10,667 nucleotides of DNA, taken from a virus (taxonomy: Duplodnaviria > Heunggongvirae > Uroviricota > Caudoviricetes). Positions 7,988 to 10,667 of this stretch are shown here, in pieces (within the stretch, counting starts at the first letter, position 1; every line of letters starts with the position of its first letter). The position numbers and the translations under genes were made by a program. Under the pieces are notes generated by a model, which was given only the letters and a program-made list of their open reading frames with translations, did not search any database and had not been told where the DNA came from. The stretch spans positions 1 through 10,667 of IMG/VR virus record IMGVR_UViG_2778261646_000002. One strand, 5' to 3'.

Positions 7988-8148
7988 TTCTTCCCACTCC
8001 GCAACATCGCATTCAGATATTTGTTTTGATTCACTGACGGAAAAGAATTTCTCTTTAGCAATTCCTCTCTCGATGGCATTGGCTTTACGCGCTGGCGAAT
8101 AATCATTTCTGCCGGAAGAATGCCGGGGTTGTATGCAAGTCCTCTCAT
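7984..8148 (-). CDS. Hypothetical small phage protein, 54 aa (MRGLAYNPG...); possible longer forms start at 8166 or 8184
   Basis: Within the 101-aa ORF 7984..8289, the ATG at 8148 is the only start with a Shine-Dalgarno (GAGGAA) and lies downstream of the stop of the preceding gene at 8159-8161. Longer forms would overlap that gene. Confidence 0.45.
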   Translation of the reverse strand: MRGLAYNPGILPAEMIIRQRVKPMPSREELLKRNSFPSVNQNKYLNAMLRSGKK

Positions 8149-8158
8149 GGTAAATTCC

Positions 8159-8455
8159 TCAGTCATTACTGATAGCGCCATAGCGTGATCGATAATTACG
8201 CAGCCGCGGGTCGATATATTCAGGGAAGTGGGTATATGTGGCTTTGCGGAATGGTCGGATTGATGTTTCGTTTGTTCGGTCCTTCTCATTTTTTAACGCG
8301 AGTTGTATATCGCGTCGGTACATCCGTTCTGCTTTTGTTTCTGGTGGCAGATCGATAAACGTGTCGAAAATGTTTTTGATATTTTCCAGCACCTCCGCCT
8401 TGGAGCTACCGGAGCAATTGCGCGGGTCATCCGCACCATACAGAGGCGCTGGCAT
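8159..8455 (-). CDS. Hypothetical phage protein, 98 aa
   Basis: ATG 8455 with an AAGG Shine-Dalgarno-like sequence. Charged, protein-like composition. Follows the DUF669-like gene after a 23-bp gap. Confidence 0.5.
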   Translation of the reverse strand: MPAPLYGADDPRNCSGSSKAEVLENIKNIFDTFIDLPPETKAERMYRRDIQLALKNEKDRTNETSIRPFRKATYTHFPEYIDPRLRNYRSRYGAISND

Positions 8456-8478
8456 AATGGGAGCCTTATTTTCAGTAA

Positions 8479-9066
8479 TCAGAAAGCAGGGTAATCGTTC
8501 TTGCTGTAACCATAATCATCTGCATGATTCTGGCTTACGTTTTTAGAGCGATTGTCTTTATCTTTGAGATTGGCAACCATGTTGGCGATAGTTTCTGGTT
8601 GCTTGCCTTCTGCCTTTTCTTTAAGGGTTTGACCTGTTTGTGCAATAAACGGGATGCGTATTTCCATCTGGTAGTTGTCTGCGCCAGTCTTTTTGTTTGT
8701 GGTTAATACTTTCTGGAGCACTAACCCGATTTTCTTTCCATGAAATTCAGGTGCAACAAATTTACTGGCGGAAACCATATGCTGCGTTAATTGTCCAATC
8801 CCGGCACACCCCATCATGGCGTGAACGACATTTGCGCCAAATTTGTTTTCCGTTCCGTCATTTTTCTGAACACAGACGCTAAGATATTGGATTTTACGTC
8901 CGTCGTCGGATTCTCCAGAAAACTCAATAAATTTGGCTCCTTTTTCTGATTGCTTTAGTTCTGCTTCAGTAATGGTAATGATATGGGCGCCAGTTTCGTT
9001 AATAAAACCACCTTGCCCTGCGGTCAGTGCTGCTTCTTCGTTATAAGTAAAAATCACGTTGCTCAT
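8479..9066 (-). CDS. DUF669-like protein, putative ssDNA-binding partner of Sak4, 195 aa
   Basis: Start ATG 9066 overlaps the Sak4 stop (ATGA) with an AAGGA Shine-Dalgarno. Gene position and size fit the protein that commonly follows Sak4-type ATPases. The C-terminus ...DDYGYSKNDYPAF resembles the aromatic tail of SSB proteins. Family assignment is from memory. Confidence 0.65.
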   Translation of the reverse strand: MSNVIFTYNEEAALTAGQGGFINETGAHIITITEAELKQSEKGAKFIEFSGESDDGRKIQYLSVCVQKNDGTENKFGANVVHAMMGCAGIGQLTQHMVSASKFVAPEFHGKKIGLVLQKVLTTNKKTGADNYQMEIRIPFIAQTGQTLKEKAEGKQPETIANMVANLKDKDNRSKNVSQNHADDYGYSKNDYPAF

Positions 9067-9743
9067 GCGGCGTTTTCCTTAATTTGATGAACATTATTGA
9101 TGCCGTAGTAATCACAAACAGTGGCATCGACGAAAGAGAGATCGTTATCAATCTCATTGGAATCAAACATTCCCATTGGGGATTTGACAGTGTCTGCACC
9201 GTTGTTTTTCGTGGTGAAAAAGAACTGGTCATCGCGGGTAAGAGTGCGAAGAACTATAGTAAACATGCCTTCGACAGTGATTTTCTCGTCCAGCATTTTG
9301 CCGATAGTTTTCATTTTCACGCGCCCCATAGGGGTTTCTTCGGTATGTGCAAGAAAATAGACTCTCAGGTCATCAGGTGCATCCTGTGCAGCCTTAATCA
9401 CCTCCCATGCGTGGCGGCCTATCTCAGTAAATTTATCAAACGATTTTTCTTCTGAGCGGCGCATAAACTCATTGCTCATCACATACTGGAAGTCATCAAC
9501 AATAACGATTCTTTTTCCGTATTCGTGAGCACGCTTAATTACAGCAACTATTACGTCCCATTTGTCAGTGGTAACTACGGTTCCTTTTTTTGCTCTGGCA
9601 TCCCATGCAAGCCAGTCTTTTGATTTAAATGGTAGCGGCTTGCCTATTGGTTTTATAAGTATTGCTTCCTCTGGATTGATATTTCTCATGCTGGTTGATT
9701 TTCCGGTGCCAGATTCACCGAGTATTAATGTCGCAGTTCCCAT
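9063..9743 (-). CDS. Sak4-type RecA-like ATPase / single-strand annealing protein, 226 aa
   Basis: N-terminal Walker A GESGTGKST and Walker B RIVIVDD. Size of about 226 aa is typical of the core-only RecA-like Sak4 proteins of lambdoid and lactococcal phages. GAGG Shine-Dalgarno before ATG 9743. Confidence 0.85.
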   Translation of the reverse strand: MGTATLILGESGTGKSTSMRNINPEEAILIKPIGKPLPFKSKDWLAWDARAKKGTVVTTDKWDVIVAVIKRAHEYGKRIVIVDDFQYVMSNEFMRRSEEKSFDKFTEIGRHAWEVIKAAQDAPDDLRVYFLAHTEETPMGRVKMKTIGKMLDEKITVEGMFTIVLRTLTRDDQFFFTTKNNGADTVKSPMGMFDSNEIDNDLSFVDATVCDYYGINNVHQIKENAA

Positions 9744-9751
9744 AATTTGCC

Positions 9752-9940
9752 TCAGAATGGTAATTCGGATGGGCAGGAAAGAAATTCGCGCTCATTCATG
9801 CGCTCTCTTTGCGCCTGCCATAAACAAAGTTGTTTCTTTGATTTATCTCCCGCTTTACGCCAGTAACGAGCCTCAGCAATGTGATATTCTCTTTTTAATC
9901 GACTTAACTCTGGAGTTTTCGCCAGTTCTACCGGAATCAT
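9752..9940 (-). CDS. Hypothetical small phage protein, 62 aa
   Basis: ATG at 9940 overlaps the kil stop (ATGA) and is preceded by GGAGGT. The upstream in-frame ATG at 9952 lies inside kil and lacks a Shine-Dalgarno. Confidence 0.5.
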   Translation of the reverse strand: MIPVELAKTPELSRLKREYHIAEARYWRKAGDKSKKQLCLWQAQRERMNEREFLSCPSELPF

Positions 9941-10050
9941 TTTGACCTCCATTTTCTGTAGGCTTCTACGGCTTCACGAAACATCTTTTCATCGCCAATA
10001 AAAGTGGCGATAGTGAATTTAGTCTGGATAGCCATAAGTGTTTTATCCAT
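9937..10050 (-). CDS. kil: Kil-like host cell-division inhibitor, 37 aa
   Basis: MDKTLMAIQTKFTIATFIGDEKMFREAVEAYRKW closely matches the N-terminus of lambda Kil as recalled. AGGAG Shine-Dalgarno present. Overlaps the cIII 3' end by 8 nt. Confidence 0.75.
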   Translation of the reverse strand: MDKTLMAIQTKFTIATFIGDEKMFREAVEAYRKWRSK

Positions 10051-10183
10051 TTTTGGGAACTCCTGGCTGATTAAGTATGTCGATAAGGCGTTTCCATCCA
10101 TCACGTAATTTACGTGTGATTCGTTCAAGTAAAGATTCGGAAGGGCAGCCAGCAACAGGCCACCCTGCAATGGCATATTGCAT
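10043..10183 (-). CDS. cIII: CIII-like protein (FtsH inhibitor that stabilises CII), 46 aa
   Basis: MQYAIAGWPVAGCPSESLLERITRKLRDGWKRLIDILNQPGVPKNG matches lambda CIII as recalled, with a shorter C-terminus. AAGGAG Shine-Dalgarno upstream of ATG 10183. The longer 80-aa form in the ORF track is an upstream extension. Confidence 0.85.
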   Translation of the reverse strand: MQYAIAGWPVAGCPSESLLERITRKLRDGWKRLIDILNQPGVPKNG

Positions 10184-10246
10184 GGTGTGCTCCTTATTTA
10201 TACATAACGAAAAACGCCTCGAGTGAAGCGTTATTGGTATGCATAT

Positions 10247-10270
10247 AAAAAGGCCCTCACACTGGAGGGC
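10247..10270 (-). terminator. Candidate intrinsic terminator on the minus strand upstream of cIII
   Basis: Stem GCCCTC (10253-10258), loop ACACTG, stem GAGGGC (10265-10270). An A5 run at 10247-10251 gives a U-tract after the hairpin on the minus strand. Confidence 0.5.
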
Positions 10271-10332
10271 AAAGAAGATTTCCAATAATCAGAACAAGTC
10301 GGCTCCTGTTTAGTTACGAGCGACATTGCTCC

Positions 10333-10360
10333 GTGTATTCACTCGTTGGAATGAATACAC
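10333..10360. repeat. Perfect 9-bp inverted repeat with a 10-nt spacer
   Basis: GTGTATTCA (10333-10341) and TGAATACAC (10352-10360). No flanking T-tract on either strand. Confidence 0.5.
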
Positions 10361-10374
10361 AGTGCTTCTCTGTG

Positions 10375-10493
10375 CTAAATAATTAAATCATATTCTGATT
10401 TGGTTAGTTTATACGCACCTCCTCTGGTGTAATATGCAAATCTGTCTTTGCTTCCATCAGAATTGTATACCCACCCACCAAATGGAAAGATAG
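10375..10493 (-). pseudogene. 3' remnant of a phage gene truncated by the IS insertion
   Basis: Two minus-strand frames are open from the IS junction: one ends at a stop at 10404-10406 (...ILMEAKTDLHITPEEVRIN*), the other at 10375-10377 (...WVYNSDGSKDRFAYYTRGGAYKLTKSEYDLII*). No start codon region is present on the window side of the IS, and the correct frame is unresolved. Confidence 0.3.
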
Positions 10494-10667
10494 TGAACCG
10501 CCCCGGGTTTCCTGGAGAGTGTTTTATCTGTGAACTCAGGCTGCCAGATCATCGTTTCCGATGGAAGCATAATAAGCTTTTTCTGCTTCTGCCGGAGGAG
10601 TATGGCCCAGCCTTTCCAGCAATCGTCGATTGTTATACCAGTCCACCCACGTGAGTGTGGCCAGTTC
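10494..10667 (-). mobile_element. IS629-like (IS3-family) insertion sequence, right end (partial; continues beyond the window)
   Basis: Plus strand from 10494 reads TGAACCGCCCCGGGTTTCCTGGAGAGTGTTTTATCTGTGAACTCA, the reverse complement of the IS629 right terminus as recalled, with the TG...CA ends typical of IS3-family inverted repeats. Followed by the transposase 3' end. Confidence 0.85.
10536..10667 (-). CDS. IS3-family transposase (OrfB), C-terminal 43 codons (partial)
   Basis: Minus-strand translation ...ELATLTWVDWYNNRRLLERLGHTPPAEAEKAYYASIGNDDLAA* carries the conserved W-x-x-WYN-x-x-R-x-x-x-x-LG C-terminal signature of IS3-family transposases. Stop codon at 10536-10538. Confidence 0.85.
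   Translation of the reverse strand, partial: ELATLTWVDWYNNRRLLERLGHTPPAEAEKAYYASIGNDDLAA

Larger units (their letters stand above)
3606..10667 (-). mobile_element. Integrated lambdoid prophage, left end (attL to early-left operon); continues beyond the window
   Basis: attL core and P' arm, lambda int and xis, phage accessory genes, Sak4/DUF669 recombination module, kil and cIII, all on one strand in the lambdoid early-left order. Interrupted by an IS at 10494. Confidence 0.92.

Noticed and set aside
7575-8102. Plus-strand ORFs antisense to the 139-aa and 54-aa genes
   Set aside because: Antisense to a coherent translationally coupled minus-strand operon. No start signals.
8149-8289. Longer 101-aa form of ORF 7984..8289 starting at 8289
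   Set aside because: It would overlap the 98-aa gene by about 130 nt in another frame, and the upstream ATGs lack Shine-Dalgarno sequences. The ATG at 8148 with a GAGGAA Shine-Dalgarno is preferred, though the 8166 start cannot be excluded.
9041-9232. 63-aa minus-strand ORF overlapping the Sak4 3' end
   Set aside because: Out of frame within Sak4 and overlapping the DUF669-like start. No Shine-Dalgarno.
8238-9455. Plus-strand ORFs antisense to the 98-aa, DUF669-like and Sak4 genes (8238..8546, 8303..8494, 8524..8706, 8697..8882, 9084..9455, 9121..9360)
   Set aside because: Antisense to well-supported CDSs. Hydrophobic or low-complexity translations without ribosome-binding sites.
9562-9945. 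127-aa plus-strand ORF
   Set aside because: Antisense across Sak4 and the 62-aa gene. Hydrophobic junk-like translation.
10213-10232. Short hairpin AACGC...GCGTT with a U-tract on the minus strand, just upstream of the cIII Shine-Dalgarno
   Set aside because: Only a 5-bp stem with a roughly 9-nt loop, too weak to call a terminator. It may instead be part of cIII mRNA leader structure.
10184-10285. N-terminal extension of cIII to an 80-aa ORF (MEIFFALQCEG...)
   Set aside because: The recognised CIII sequence starts at MQYAIAGW with an AAGGAG Shine-Dalgarno. The extension runs through the hairpin region and has a Cys/Phe-rich spurious look.
10448-10654. 68-aa plus-strand ORF
   Set aside because: Lies inside the IS element, antisense to the transposase 3' end. 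Not a recognised IS ORF.
1-10667. tRNA, rRNA and CRISPR arrays
   Set aside because: No cloverleaf-like conserved tRNA sequence, no rRNA-like segments and no regularly spaced direct repeats were seen anywhere in the window.

Overview
This window is an E. coli-type chromosomal locus at the phage lambda attachment site, carrying the left end of an integrated lambdoid prophage. Positions 1-3559 are host DNA: the tail of an upstream ORF, the aconitase-family gene ybhJ (+) and the lipoprotein gene ybhC (-), separated by a pair of convergent terminator hairpins. At 3606-3620 lies the 15-bp lambda att core GCTTTTTTATACTAA, followed by the lambda P' arm, so this is attL (B-O-P'). The prophage genes that follow are all on the minus strand: lambda-type int and xis, then a tightly packed and largely translationally coupled chain of small accessory genes (a DUF551 protein, a PD-(D/E)XK-like protein, an Ea22-like protein and several unknowns), then a Sak4-type ATPase with a DUF669-like partner where lambda carries exo-bet-gam, then kil-like and cIII-like genes. 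At 10494 the prophage is interrupted by the end of an IS629-like IS3-family element, which runs off the window. I saw no tRNA, rRNA or CRISPR array. All homology statements rest on recalled protein and DNA sequences and motif reading, not on searches. The most promising place for something undescribed is the accessory gene chain at 5078-8455, especially the PD-(D/E)XK-like/DUF551 pair, but I cannot assign it a function from sequence alone.
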